64,000 nucleotides of DNA from an uncultured Actinomycetes bacterium. Its GTDB lineage: Bacteria > Actinomycetota > UBA4738 > JBBDTT01. The position numbers were made by a program, and so were the translations under genes. The notes under the pieces were generated by a model. The model did not search any database, had not been told where the DNA came from, and saw only the letters and a program-made list of their open reading frames with translations. Shown here one piece after another: positions 18,020-27,628 of the stretch; positions within the stretch are counted from its first letter, which is position 1; the number at the start of each line of letters is the position of its first letter. Where the stretch lies: contig CAVUMN010000004.1 of NCBI GenBank assembly GCA_963742735.1, forward strand, positions 480,001-544,000, given 5' to 3'.

Positions 18020-18613
18020 GTGTTCGAGGGCCCGATTCAGGACCTGATCGACGAGCTGAACCGGCTTCCCGGGATCGGCCCGAAGTCCGCGCAGCGCCTG
18101 GCGTTCTACCTGGTGAAGGCGGCGAGCGCCGACGCGAAGCGGCTGGCCGAGGCCATCATCCAGGCGAAGGAGCGCGTCTCGTTCTGCCGCGAGTGCTTCA
18201 ACGTGGCCGAGGGACAGCTGTGCCGCTACTGCGCCGACCCATCCCGCGACCCGACGATCATCTGCGTGGTCGAGGAGCCGAAGGACGTCGCGTCGATCGA
18301 GAAGGCCGGCATCGTTCGCGGGAGGTACCACATCCTGGGCGGCGCGATCTCGCCCATGGAGGGGATCGGGCCCGAGGACCTCCGCATCCAGGAGCTCCTG
18401 GACCGCGTCGGCCGCGACTCCGTGGCCGAGGTCATCCTGGCCACCAACCCGAACCTGGAGGGCAACGCCACGGCGATGTACGTGGGCGGGCTGCTGAAGC
18501 CATTGGGCATCCGCGTCACCCGGCTGGCCAGCGGCCTCCCCGTGGGCGGCGACCTGGAGTACGCCGACGAAGTCACCCTCGGACAGGCTCTCGAGGGCCG
18601 CCGCGAGCTGTAG
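18020..18613 (+). CDS. recR: Recombination protein RecR
   Basis: [11 protein letters not shown] HhH, C4 zinc finger, [26 protein letters not shown]. Confidence 0.97.
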   Translation: MFEGPIQDLIDELNRLPGIGPKSAQRLAFYLVKAASADAKRLAEAIIQAKERVSFCRECFNVAEGQLCRYCADPSRDPTIICVVEEPKDVASIEKAGIVRGRYHILGGAISPMEGIGPEDLRIQELLDRVGRDSVAEVILATNPNLEGNATAMYVGGLLKPLGIRVTRLASGLPVGGDLEYADEVTLGQALEGRREL

Positions 18614-18616
18614 CCC

Positions 18617-19903
18617 TCAGCCCCTCCCGACGCGCGCGGAGCCCACCTCGGCCGCGGCGATCGCGGCCGACAGGATCAGCGCTCCGCCGGCGAGCAGCCC
18701 CACCTGGCTTCCGTCGAGCGTCAGGCCGAACAGGCGCACCTCGTCGACGAGCGACGCGAGCCCGCCGATGCCGAGCGCGCCGAGGGCCAGCCCCAGCCGG
18801 AACAGCAGGTGGACGGCGCCGAACAGTCGGCCGCGCTCCTCGTCGCGGACCAGCGACTGCGCCAGCGACATCGCCAGCATCACCGCAACGCTGAACCCGA
18901 GTCCGAACCCGACCGCGGCGACGAACGCCAGCCACAGCACCGGCGCCAGCGCCATCAGGACCAGCACCGCCCCGCACAGGGCCACGGCGGCCCGGAACAC
19001 CGCCCCCTCGCCGCGATGCACCAGGCTGCGGACCGCCACCAGCCCGATCGCCGCGCCGAGCCCCCAGAGCGAGGCCAGGTAGCCGAACTCGACGTCGCCC
19101 GAGCCGAGGGTCTCGTGGACGTAGGCAAGCCCCACCGCGAACAGCGCCCCGCCGCCGAACATCGCTACGCCCACGCCCATTCCCAGCGAGCCCAGCGCGG
19201 GGTTCCGCCGGGCCAGGCGAAAGCCGTCGAACGCGCCGTCCACCCACCCGCCGGAGGGAACGGCGGGTCGCGGGGGCGTCCGTGGCAGACCCGCGATGAG
19301 GATCGCCGAGACCACGAACGTCGCCGCATCGACGAAGAAGGGGGCGGCGAGGGGGTGATCGCGGAGGACGTCCGCGATCGGGACCCAGTCCGGGGTGTGC
19401 GTCGCAACCATCCGCAATCCCGAGAACAGCGCGAACGCGAACGGGATGGTCCCGTACGACGACGCCATCACCAGGCCGTTCGCGGCCGGCAACCCCGCCG
19501 GGGGAACGAGCGACGGCAGGTATGCGTCACGGGCGGGGAGGAACAGCAACGCCACGCACTCGTGGACGAACGCGATCGCGTAGAGCCACACGATGCCCCC
19601 GAACGGGACGGAGGCGATCAGACCAGCCTGAACCAGGTTGCAGACGACCATGAGACGCCGGCGGTCCAGACGATCGGACAGCACGCCGCCGATCGGTGCC
19701 GCGAACAGCGGCGGGACCAGGCGAATCACGAGGACGGCCCCCACGGCGAAGGGCGAGCCGGTCAGGGCCAGGGCCGCGGCGATGAACGCGACGGTGCCCA
19801 CCCAGTCGCCGAGCGCGGAGATCGCCTGTCCGATCAGCAACCGGCGGAACGGGGGGAGGCCGACCACCGAACGAAGCGTGGGAGCCTGCGCGGTTCGGCT
19901 CAT
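18617..19903 (-). CDS. MFS transporter
   Basis: FRRLLIGQAISALGDW, GVLSDRLDRRRLM motif A, ~12 hydrophobic helices. Confidence 0.88.
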   Translation of the reverse strand: MSRTAQAPTLRSVVGLPPFRRLLIGQAISALGDWVGTVAFIAAALALTGSPFAVGAVLVIRLVPPLFAAPIGGVLSDRLDRRRLMVVCNLVQAGLIASVPFGGIVWLYAIAFVHECVALLFLPARDAYLPSLVPPAGLPAANGLVMASSYGTIPFAFALFSGLRMVATHTPDWVPIADVLRDHPLAAPFFVDAATFVVSAILIAGLPRTPPRPAVPSGGWVDGAFDGFRLARRNPALGSLGMGVGVAMFGGGALFAVGLAYVHETLGSGDVEFGYLASLWGLGAAIGLVAVRSLVHRGEGAVFRAAVALCGAVLVLMALAPVLWLAFVAAVGFGLGFSVAVMLAMSLAQSLVRDEERGRLFGAVHLLFRLGLALGALGIGGLASLVDEVRLFGLTLDGSQVGLLAGGALILSAAIAAAEVGSARVGRG

Positions 19904-19954
19904 CCGGTCCGAGGAGGTTGGGAAGAGGGCGGGGAGGCGGCAGAATGCGAGTTC

Positions 19955-20782
19955 ATGGTCGCCGTGGTCACCGACAGCGCGTCGAACCTTCCCCCGGACG
20001 TCGCCGCTGCGCTCGGCATCGAAGTCGTCCCAATGTATCTGAAGTTCGGCGAGCACAGCTATCGCGACGGCGTGGACCTGGTCGGCGAGGACTTCTACGA
20101 ACGGCTCCTGCGCGACGGGGAGCTCGCGAGCACCGCGGCCCCCTCCCCGGGCGACTTCCTGGACGCCTTCGAGTCGGCGCCCGAGGGCGACGTCGTGTGC
20201 GTCACGGTCGCCTCGAGCGTCTCGTTCACGTACCAGGCCGCGTGCATGGCCCGCGATCAATCCTCGCGGCAGGTCACGGTCGTCGACTCCGGCGCCGCGT
20301 CGATGGCCGAGGGGTTCGTGGCGATGGAGGCGGCACGCGAAGCCCGCCGCGGCGCCGGCGCGGGGCTTGTCGTCGCCAGGGCGCGCGACGTCGCGAACCG
20401 GGCTCGTCTGTTCGCCGCGATCAACACGTTCGAGTTCCTCCGAAAGTCGGGGCGGGTCGGCAAGCTCCAGGCGTACGCCGCAACGCGGCTGGACATCAAG
20501 GCGGTGTTCCGGTTCCAGGGCGGCGACCCCGGCCCGGTGGCGCGGCCTCGTACCAGAGCGCGGGCGCTGGGCCGCGTGGTCGAGGAGACCCAGGCCGAGA
20601 TCGCCGGCCGGCCCGTGCACCTGGCCGCGATCCACGCGGCAGCCGAGGACGAGGCCCATGACCTCATGCGCCGTGTGGCGGCCGGGGCGAACGTCGTGGA
20701 GTCGTTCGTGTCGCCGTTCACGCCGATGATGGGCGCCCACACCGGTCCCGGCGTCGTCGGGCTCGCCTTCTTCTGCGACTGA
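19955..20782 (+). CDS. DegV/FakB fatty-acid-binding protein
   Basis: VVTDSASNLP, STAAPSP, VVDS, LRKSGRV, GAHTGPG. Confidence 0.93.
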   Translation: MVAVVTDSASNLPPDVAAALGIEVVPMYLKFGEHSYRDGVDLVGEDFYERLLRDGELASTAAPSPGDFLDAFESAPEGDVVCVTVASSVSFTYQAACMARDQSSRQVTVVDSGAASMAEGFVAMEAAREARRGAGAGLVVARARDVANRARLFAAINTFEFLRKSGRVGKLQAYAATRLDIKAVFRFQGGDPGPVARPRTRARALGRVVEETQAEIAGRPVHLAAIHAAAEDEAHDLMRRVAAGANVVESFVSPFTPMMGAHTGPGVVGLAFFCD

Positions 20783-21459
20783 TGCGTCTCTCCCACGCGC
20801 TCTGGATCGCCGCCGCCTACGTGGTGGGGACGTTCCCCTCGACCTGGTTGGTGTCGCGGGCCCTGGGAGCGCGTGGGCTGATCCGGGGGGCCCGGCGCGA
20901 TCAGGGTGAGGCGGACGCCCACGTCATGGTTGCCCGCCGGCTGGGCGGCGGCTGGGGCGCGCTGGCGGCGATCCTCGACGTGTCCAAGGGCATCGTGCTC
21001 ACGCTGGCGGCTCGACGGTGGGGCCACCTGCCCGACGCCTGGCTGGCGATGGCCGGCGCCGCCGTGGTGGTCGGCCACACGTTCCCCTTCTATGTTCGAG
21101 CCATGGCCGGGCGCGGGCTGGCCGCGGCCGCGGGGGTGTTCCTGGTCCTGCTCCCGGTCGAGATGGTGGCCGCCGGCCTGACGATGTGCGTGGGGTTCCT
21201 GGTTCGTCAGTCCGGGCTCTTCTCGACCCTCGGGTTCGGCAGCGTGGCCGCCGTCGCGTGGCTCCGCGGCCGGCCCGACGCGTTGGTGGCGATGGCGCTG
21301 GCGGTATTCGTCCTGGTGATCATCCGGCGCCTCGAGGGGACGGGCGAGGTGGCCCGGACGACCGGTCTGACCCGGGCCCGGGCGGCGTACTACCGGGGCG
21401 TGTTCGACTCGAGCGGCCCACCCGGAACCGAGCCGGAGTCCGAGGAAGCGGCCGGCTGA
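20782..21459 (+). CDS. PlsY-like glycerol-3-phosphate acyltransferase family membrane protein (motifs divergent)
   Basis: [24 protein letters not shown]...GRGLAAAAG; coupled to DegV by TGATG. Confidence 0.75.
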   Translation: MRLSHALWIAAAYVVGTFPSTWLVSRALGARGLIRGARRDQGEADAHVMVARRLGGGWGALAAILDVSKGIVLTLAARRWGHLPDAWLAMAGAAVVVGHTFPFYVRAMAGRGLAAAAGVFLVLLPVEMVAAGLTMCVGFLVRQSGLFSTLGFGSVAAVAWLRGRPDALVAMALAVFVLVIIRRLEGTGEVARTTGLTRARAAYYRGVFDSSGPPGTEPESEEAAG

Positions 21460-21505
21460 CCGAGCTTCCCGAATCGAGCGCCCCCGCGCCCGTACACTCG
21501 GGCGA

Positions 21506-22747
21506 ATGGGCGTCATCGTGCAGAAGTACGGGGGGACCTCGGTCGCCGACGTGGATCGGATCGTGTCGGTGGCCCGCCGCGTCGTGGCCGCCCGCCAGCG
21601 AGGCGACGACGTGGTCGTCGTGGTGAGCGCCATGGGAACGACCACCGACGACCTGCTGGCCATGGCGCACCGCCTGACCCCGGTGCCGTCGTCGCGCGAG
21701 CTGGACCTCCTGCTGACGGCGGGGGAGCGCATCGCGATGTCATTGCTGTCGATCGCCATCAACGGCGACGGCGTCAGCGCGGTGAGCTTCACCGGGAGCC
21801 AGGCCGGGATCATCACCGACACCACCCACGGCAAGGCCCGGATCATCGACGTGCGCCCCGGCAGGGTCCTGGAGGCCCTCGAGCGCGGCGCCGTCGTGAT
21901 CGTGGCCGGGTTCCAGGGGGTGTCCACGGCCTACGACGTCACGACGCTGGGCCGCGGCGGCTCGGACACGACGGCCGTGGCCCTGGCCGCCGCGCTCGGC
22001 GCCGAGGTGTGCGAGATCTACACTGACGTGGCGGGGGTGTACACCGCGGACCCCCGCATGGAGCCCGCGGCGCGCCGCCTGCACGCGGTGTCCTACGAGG
22101 AGATGCTCGAGCTCGCCGCGAGCGGGGCGCGGGTCCTGCAGCTACGGTCGGTGGAGTACGCGCGCAACTACGGGGTGAAGGTTCACGTCCGCTCCTCGTT
22201 CACCGAGGAGGCGGGAACCTGGATCACCGAGGAGGACGAGCGCATGGAGCAGGCCATCATCTCGGGCGTCGCCCACGACGAGTCCGAGGCGAAGATCACG
22301 CTGGCCGACGTGCCGGACCGCCCCGGGGTGGCCGCGAGCATCTTTCGGGCCATCGCCGACGAATCGATCAACGTCGACATGATCGTCCAGAACGTCTCCC
22401 GCGACGGCACCACCGACCTGTCGTTCACGCTGCCGAGGGACGACGTGCCCCACGCGCGCACCGTCATGGAGAAGGTCGTGCAGGAGGTCGGGGCCAACGG
22501 CTACACCGTCGACGAGGACGTCGCCAAGGTGTCGCTCGTCGGCGCGGGGATGAAGAGCCACCCGGGCGTCGCCGCACGCATGTTCGAGGCCCTGGCCGCG
22601 GCGAGCATCAACATCGAGATGATCGCCACGTCCTCGATCCGGGTGTCGTGCGTGATCCGCGCGATCGACGTGGAGCGCGCGGTGCGCGCCCTGCACGCCG
22701 AGTTCGAGCTGGGCGAGGGCGACGCCCGAGAGACCCACCCCGTCTAG
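21506..22747 (+). CDS. lysC: Aspartate kinase
   Basis: [27 protein letters not shown], two ACT domains; internal MEQAIISG beta-subunit start typical of actinobacterial ask. Confidence 0.97.
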   Translation: MGVIVQKYGGTSVADVDRIVSVARRVVAARQRGDDVVVVVSAMGTTTDDLLAMAHRLTPVPSSRELDLLLTAGERIAMSLLSIAINGDGVSAVSFTGSQAGIITDTTHGKARIIDVRPGRVLEALERGAVVIVAGFQGVSTAYDVTTLGRGGSDTTAVALAAALGAEVCEIYTDVAGVYTADPRMEPAARRLHAVSYEEMLELAASGARVLQLRSVEYARNYGVKVHVRSSFTEEAGTWITEEDERMEQAIISGVAHDESEAKITLADVPDRPGVAASIFRAIADESINVDMIVQNVSRDGTTDLSFTLPRDDVPHARTVMEKVVQEVGANGYTVDEDVAKVSLVGAGMKSHPGVAARMFEALAAASINIEMIATSSIRVSCVIRAIDVERAVRALHAEFELGEGDARETHPV

Positions 22748-22753
22748 GATCGG

Positions 22754-23782
22754 ATGACCATGCGCGTCGCCATCGTCGGAGCCACAGGTGCGGTCGGCCG
22801 GGAGATGCTCCGGATCCTCGCGGAGCGTTCCTTCCCCGCCGACGAGGTCCTCGCGTTCGCCACCTCGCGATCCGAGGGTCTCCGTGTTCCCTACGGGGAC
22901 GGGGAGGTCACCGTGAGCGCCAACGCCCCCGGAGCGCTTGCTGGGGTCGATCTGGCCCTGTGGTCGGCCGGCGGCGGGCCCGCCCGCGAGCTGATCCCCG
23001 CCGCGGTCGAGGCCGGCACGGTCTGCATCGACAACTCCTCGGCGTTCCGGATGGCCGACGGCGTGCCCCTCGTGATCCCCGAGGTCAACCCCGATGCCCT
23101 GTCCGGCGATCCGAAGCTGGTCGCGAACCCCAACTGCACGACGATCACCGCACTGATGCCGCTCGCCCCGCTGCACCGGGCCTACGGCGTGCGCGAGCTC
23201 GTCGTGTCGTCCTATCAGTCGGTGAGCGGGACGGGTACGAAGGGCGTGCGCGAGCTCGCCGAGCAGGTCGAGAAGCTTCGAGGCCAGGAGGAGTCGCTGG
23301 GCCACCCCGACCCGGCGAGCCTCCCCGTGGGCGAGGTGTTCGGCAGGACGATCGCCTTCAACGTGGTCCCGCGCGTCGACGTCTTCCTGGAGGACGGGTT
23401 CACGGTCGAGGAGCGCAAGATCGCGAACGAGACGCGCAAGATCCTGGGGCGGGCGGGATTGCCGGTTCACGCGACGTGCGTCCGGGTCCCGGTGATGGTC
23501 GGCCACGGCGTCTCGGTTCTGGCCCGGTTCGACGAGGAGGTCACGCCGCACGACGCGCGGGTCCTCCTGCGCGACGCGCCGGGAGTGCGGGTGGTGGACA
23601 ACATCGCCGCCGATTCGTTCCCGACGCCGCTGGACTCGGCCGGGATCGATGACGTTCTGGTCGGCCGTATCCGCCAGCCGGAGGGCGAGCCGCGGACGCT
23701 CCTGTACTTCGCGGCCGGGGACAACCTGCGCAAAGGCGCGGCGCTGAACGCCGTGCAGATCGCGGAGCACCTGGTCCGCTGA
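22754..23782 (+). CDS. asd: Aspartate-semialdehyde dehydrogenase
   Basis: GATGAVG, DNSSAFRM, ANPNCTT, YQSVSG, CVRVPV, DNLRKGAALN. Confidence 0.97.
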   Translation: MTMRVAIVGATGAVGREMLRILAERSFPADEVLAFATSRSEGLRVPYGDGEVTVSANAPGALAGVDLALWSAGGGPARELIPAAVEAGTVCIDNSSAFRMADGVPLVIPEVNPDALSGDPKLVANPNCTTITALMPLAPLHRAYGVRELVVSSYQSVSGTGTKGVRELAEQVEKLRGQEESLGHPDPASLPVGEVFGRTIAFNVVPRVDVFLEDGFTVEERKIANETRKILGRAGLPVHATCVRVPVMVGHGVSVLARFDEEVTPHDARVLLRDAPGVRVVDNIAADSFPTPLDSAGIDDVLVGRIRQPEGEPRTLLYFAAGDNLRKGAALNAVQIAEHLVR

Positions 23783-24204
23783 GCGAGCCCGGCTGCGTCT
23801 TCTGCGCGATCGTCGACGGCCGGGCGCCGTCCACGCAGGTCTTCGAGGACGAGCGCACGCTGGCGTTCATGGACATCAACCCGGCCACCGAGGGCCACGC
23901 GCTGGTGATCCCCAAGGCGCACGCCCGCGACCTGTTCGACGTCTCCGATGAGGACTCGGTGGCGATGTTCCGGACGGTCCGCACGGTGGCCGAGGCCGCG
24001 AAGGCGGCGTTCGACGTGGACGCCATCAACCTGCTCCAGGCGAACGGCGCGACGGCGTTCCAGACCGTCTTCCACGTGCACGTCCACGTGATCCCGCGAT
24101 ACCGGATCGACGAGATCCGCCTGCCGTGGATCCCCCGGCCCGGCGACCGCTCGAAGATCGCCTCGAACGGCGAGCGGCTGAGGGCCGCGTTCGGCGCGGG
24201 CTAG
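23779..24204 (+). CDS. HIT family protein (probable CTG start overlapping asd stop)
   Basis: CVFC zinc motif lies upstream of the first ATG (23869); GHALVIPK, QTVFHVHVHVIPR. Confidence 0.9.
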   Translation: MSEPGCVFCAIVDGRAPSTQVFEDERTLAFMDINPATEGHALVIPKAHARDLFDVSDEDSVAMFRTVRTVAEAAKAAFDVDAINLLQANGATAFQTVFHVHVHVIPRYRIDEIRLPWIPRPGDRSKIASNGERLRAAFGAG

Positions 24205-25007
24205 AGGTCCGGGATCGACCTCCGCAGGAGCTCGAAGCTGTACCCGCCGTCGACCTCCAGGACCTTGCCGGTCACCCACGAGGCGGCGTCCGAGCACAGG
24301 TACAGCGCCGCAGTCGCGATGTCCTCCGAGGTGCCGTTGCGCTGCAGGTGGGTCTTGGCGAGCATCTCCGCGCGGATCGTGGGGTCCTTGGTGTCCAGCC
24401 AGTTGAGGTACATCGCCAGCGCGTCGGTCTCGACCGCGCCGGGGGCGATGGCGTTCACCCGGACCTTCGGGGCGAGGTCCGCCGCCATGAGCGCCGTCAT
24501 GTGGTGCATCGCCGCCTTCACGGTCCCGTAGGGCACGAACCCGCGGGGCGTGTGCACGCCGGCCATCGAGCCGATGTTCAGGACCGCGCCGCCGCCGCCC
24601 TCCAGGAGGTGGGGGGTAGCCAGCCGGGTCAGCTCGAACGGTGACGAGACGTTGAAGTGGAAGGACGCCTCCAGGTCGGGGACGTTCGTCTCGAGGAACG
24701 GCGTCGGGATCCAGCCGCCGGCGTTGTTGACCACCACGTCCAGGCCGCCGAGCTCCTCGACGGTCCGCCCGACCGCGGCCTCGAGGGCCTTCAGGTCGTT
24801 GACGTCGGTCGGCAGGACCAGGGCCCGGCGGCCGTGCTCGCCGACGGCCGCCGCCACGCCCTCCAGGTCGGCCTCGGTTCGCGCGAGGATGGCGACGTCC
24901 GCGCCCGCCTCGGCGAAGGCGACAGCGATCGCGGCGCCGATCCCCTTTCCCGCCCCGGTGACGATCGCCACCCGGTCGTCCATGCGGAACCGCTCGAGCA
25001 CGCCCAT
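24201..25007 (-). CDS. SDR family oxidoreductase
   Basis: TGAGKGIG, VNNAG, YGTVK, RVNAIAPG. Confidence 0.93.
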   Translation of the reverse strand: MGVLERFRMDDRVAIVTGAGKGIGAAIAVAFAEAGADVAILARTEADLEGVAAAVGEHGRRALVLPTDVNDLKALEAAVGRTVEELGGLDVVVNNAGGWIPTPFLETNVPDLEASFHFNVSSPFELTRLATPHLLEGGGGAVLNIGSMAGVHTPRGFVPYGTVKAAMHHMTALMAADLAPKVRVNAIAPGAVETDALAMYLNWLDTKDPTIRAEMLAKTHLQRNGTSEDIATAALYLCSDAASWVTGKVLEVDGGYSFELLRRSIPDL

Positions 25008-25019
25008 GGCCGCCGAACG

Positions 25020-25499
25020 CTACTCCTCAGGCGGCTTGGGCGGCCAGGCGAGGTCGGCCAGCAGCTTGTTGAACGAGTGGCCAGAGTTGTCCCACCCCTC
25101 CCGGGCGTAGAACGCGTGGGCGCGGGTCCGCCAGTTCGCGGACTCGAGCTGCAGCCCCCATGCGCCCCGCTCGCGGGCCAGTTCCTCGCACGCGGCGAGC
25201 AGCGCGGCCCCGGCCCCCCGGCTGCGCGCGGCCTCGGACACGACCAGGTCCGGGATCCACCCCTCCTCGGAGTCGAAGTTGAGCCGCGGAGTGAACGCCA
25301 GGTCGATCATGCCGACGACGGCGTCGTCGTCCTCGGCCACGAACAGGAACCGGTCGGGATGGGCGAGCCAGGCCTCGTACCGCTCGCGGTGGGCGGGCTC
25401 AGCCGGGGTCCCGAGGACCACCGGCCGGCCCAGCTCCTGGAGGAGCGTCGTCACGGCCCCGAAGTCCTCGGGCTTCGCTCGACGGACGGCGATCGGCAC
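25020..25499 (-). CDS. GNAT N-acetyltransferase
   Basis: LVVSEAARSRGAGAALL motif A, AHAFYAREG. Confidence 0.9.
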   Translation of the reverse strand: MPIAVRRAKPEDFGAVTTLLQELGRPVVLGTPAEPAHRERYEAWLAHPDRFLFVAEDDDAVVGMIDLAFTPRLNFDSEEGWIPDLVVSEAARSRGAGAALLAACEELARERGAWGLQLESANWRTRAHAFYAREGWDNSGHSFNKLLADLAWPPKPPEE

Positions 25500-26880
25500 G
25501 CGGGCGAGTGTAGGTGAGGACCCCGGCCACGAACGGTGGCGCGTACCGCAGGGCGGTCTGCACGACGAGCCCGGGCACCTCTCCGCCCAGCCGTCCGCCC
25601 GGCACGACGATCATCGAGGACGCGCCGAACGTCAGCGCCCCGCCCAGCAACGCGGGATGCGCCGCGGCGATGGCCAGCGCGAGCGCGCCGAGCAGGTGCC
25701 AGTACAGGTACCAGGGGGTCACGGCGACGTAGAGGAGCGACACCGCCGCCGCGGCCGTCCACGGGTCGTCCGGCGTCCGCCGCCACCGGGCGGCCCACAC
25801 GATCCCCCCGGCGATGAGGGCCAGGGCGAGGACGCGTCCCGCCGCTCCTGCCGCCGTCGCGCCGGCGTTCGCGCTGTCGGGATTGCCGGCCGCGATCCGC
25901 ACGACCGACCCGACGAGCGAGGCCGATGCCCGCGAACCGATCTCGCCCAGGCCACGGAAGGTGTCGAGCCCGCTCCAGTAGGGGGCGAAGGCCGCGACGG
26001 CAGCGCCGGCGGACGCCAGCGCGTGGCGCCCCGCGCTGCCGGCTCCGGAGCGCCGCCAGAGGACGATCAGCCACACCGCCAGGCCGAGCGCGGCGTACGG
26101 CTTGACGAGCGCCGCCACCGCGAGCAGCGCGGTGACCCCCCACGGACGACCCCGCCGCTCGGCCACCACCGCCCACGCGAACGCGGCCGCGACGGCGACG
26201 TCGGCGTGGGCGCCGAGGCCGGCCGACACGAACACCAGCGGGTTGAACGCGAACGCGAGCACCGCGAGCGATGGGGTCATGGACCCCCGGCGAAGCCCCG
26301 CAGCCCGGACCAGCCCCCACGCCGCGACCAGGGTTAGCGCCGCCGCCGCCGCTTTCATCACCAGGAAGGCCCCGGTCAGCGAGCGCCCCAGCCACACCGA
26401 CGCCTGGGACAGCGCGGTCCACGCCGGCCCGTAGACGGATGCGGTTCGATGCCAGGAGGAGAACGCGAGCCACGGGCTGTGCGCGTCGACCGGCAGGACG
26501 GCGAACGGGCTGTAGCCGTCGAGGGCCATCCGGCCGTAGATCAGGTACTGGTAGATGTCCTGCGACTGCTGCGCCGGGGCCGGGATCAGGGCGGTGTAGA
26601 GCACCGCGGCGACCCCCAGGAGCACGCCCGTGCGCGCCCGCCCGCCCCGGGCCTCCCCCCACATCGCGATCGCCCACGGGACCGAGGCGACGACCACCAG
26701 TTCCCAGTAGTCATACGTCCGACCGCCCGGCCGGGGGCGGTAATACGGCGCGTCCTGGAGCGCCGGGCGGATCAGGAAGAACGCGGCCAGCGCCCCGAGC
26801 GTTGCCACGAGGGCGACCAGGGAAATCGCGGACGCGGCCCGCCCGGGCCGGACGTCTCGACCCTCGGGCGATCCGCTCAT
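25399..26880 (-). CDS. GT-C membrane glycosyltransferase (MptA/B-like polyprenol-phosphomannose mannosyltransferase family)
   Basis: SQDIYQYLIYG, SVYGP, FNPL...AHAD, VKPY, PWY; many TM helices; 3' end overlaps GNAT gene. Confidence 0.8.
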   Translation of the reverse strand: MSGSPEGRDVRPGRAASAISLVALVATLGALAAFFLIRPALQDAPYYRPRPGGRTYDYWELVVVASVPWAIAMWGEARGGRARTGVLLGVAAVLYTALIPAPAQQSQDIYQYLIYGRMALDGYSPFAVLPVDAHSPWLAFSSWHRTASVYGPAWTALSQASVWLGRSLTGAFLVMKAAAAALTLVAAWGLVRAAGLRRGSMTPSLAVLAFAFNPLVFVSAGLGAHADVAVAAAFAWAVVAERRGRPWGVTALLAVAALVKPYAALGLAVWLIVLWRRSGAGSAGRHALASAGAAVAAFAPYWSGLDTFRGLGEIGSRASASLVGSVVRIAAGNPDSANAGATAAGAAGRVLALALIAGGIVWAARWRRTPDDPWTAAAAVSLLYVAVTPWYLYWHLLGALALAIAAAHPALLGGALTFGASSMIVVPGGRLGGEVPGLVVQTALRYAPPFVAGVLTYTRPRADRRPSSEARGLRGRDDAPPGAGPAGGPRDPG

Positions 26881-26887
26881 GGCTGAG

Positions 26888-26961
26888 TCGGGACGGCGGG
26901 ATTTGAACCCGCGACCTCAGCGTCCCGAACGCTGCGCGCTACCAAGCTGCGCTACGTCCCG
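26888..26961 (-). tRNA. tRNA-Pro(CGG)
   Basis: Acceptor CGGGACG/CGTCCCG, anticodon loop TT CGG GA, GGTTCAAATCC; TACACT -10 upstream. Confidence 0.95.
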
Positions 26962-27001
26962 AGCCGCCAAGTGTAGCGGGCGACGAGCGCCGCGAACCCG
27001 G

Positions 27002-27526
27002 TCAGTCCTTCTCGATCCGGGTGGCCAGGGCCGTGCAGATGCCCCAGAAGGCCGGCCCCAGGGCGAAGTTCGAGAGGGCGGTCATGATGCCGTAGAAGTT
27101 CGTACCACCGGAGGCCAGGAGTGCGATGCCCTGGATCGGGAGCAGCCCCAGCAGGGCCCACCCGGCGACCCGCAGGACCTGCGCCACCAGGCGAGCGGTG
27201 ACCCGGAACGGCGGGCGGGGCGCGGCGGCCGGGAGCTGGACGGTGGCGGCCGAGGCCGGCGGTGTCGTCGGCGCCGCGACCGCAGGCGTCTCGGACGGAG
27301 CGGCGACCCGAGGCGCTTCTGACGGAGCCGGCGCCGGCGCGGCGGCGGGCGTCTCGAGGGCCTGGTAGGCGCCCCAGGCGTCGGTCCATCCCTGGTCGGA
27401 CTTTGGGTAGCGCTGGACCGGGCCGCCCGGGGCCTGCCGGTCCCAGATGCCGTACTCCACGCTCGTGTAGCCCAGGAGGTAACGCTGTCCCGAGTGCGAG
27501 AACGTGGGCTGTTCCGGGCTCGACAT
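27002..27526 (-). CDS. Hypothetical membrane protein
   Basis: GAGGAGG RBS; aromatic-rich ~55-aa N-domain, Pro/Ala linker, two C-terminal TM helices. Confidence 0.7.
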   Translation of the reverse strand: MSSPEQPTFSHSGQRYLLGYTSVEYGIWDRQAPGGPVQRYPKSDQGWTDAWGAYQALETPAAAPAPAPSEAPRVAAPSETPAVAAPTTPPASAATVQLPAAAPRPPFRVTARLVAQVLRVAGWALLGLLPIQGIALLASGGTNFYGIMTALSNFALGPAFWGICTALATRIEKD

Positions 27527-27628
27527 GGCGCCTCCTCGGTCTGGTTGCCTCGGAGATGATGGGCCTCCCACCCGCGGGCGTCCAGTCGCGGGGCGTGCGT
27601 CGGCCGAGGACGTGGTAAGCAGGACCCC

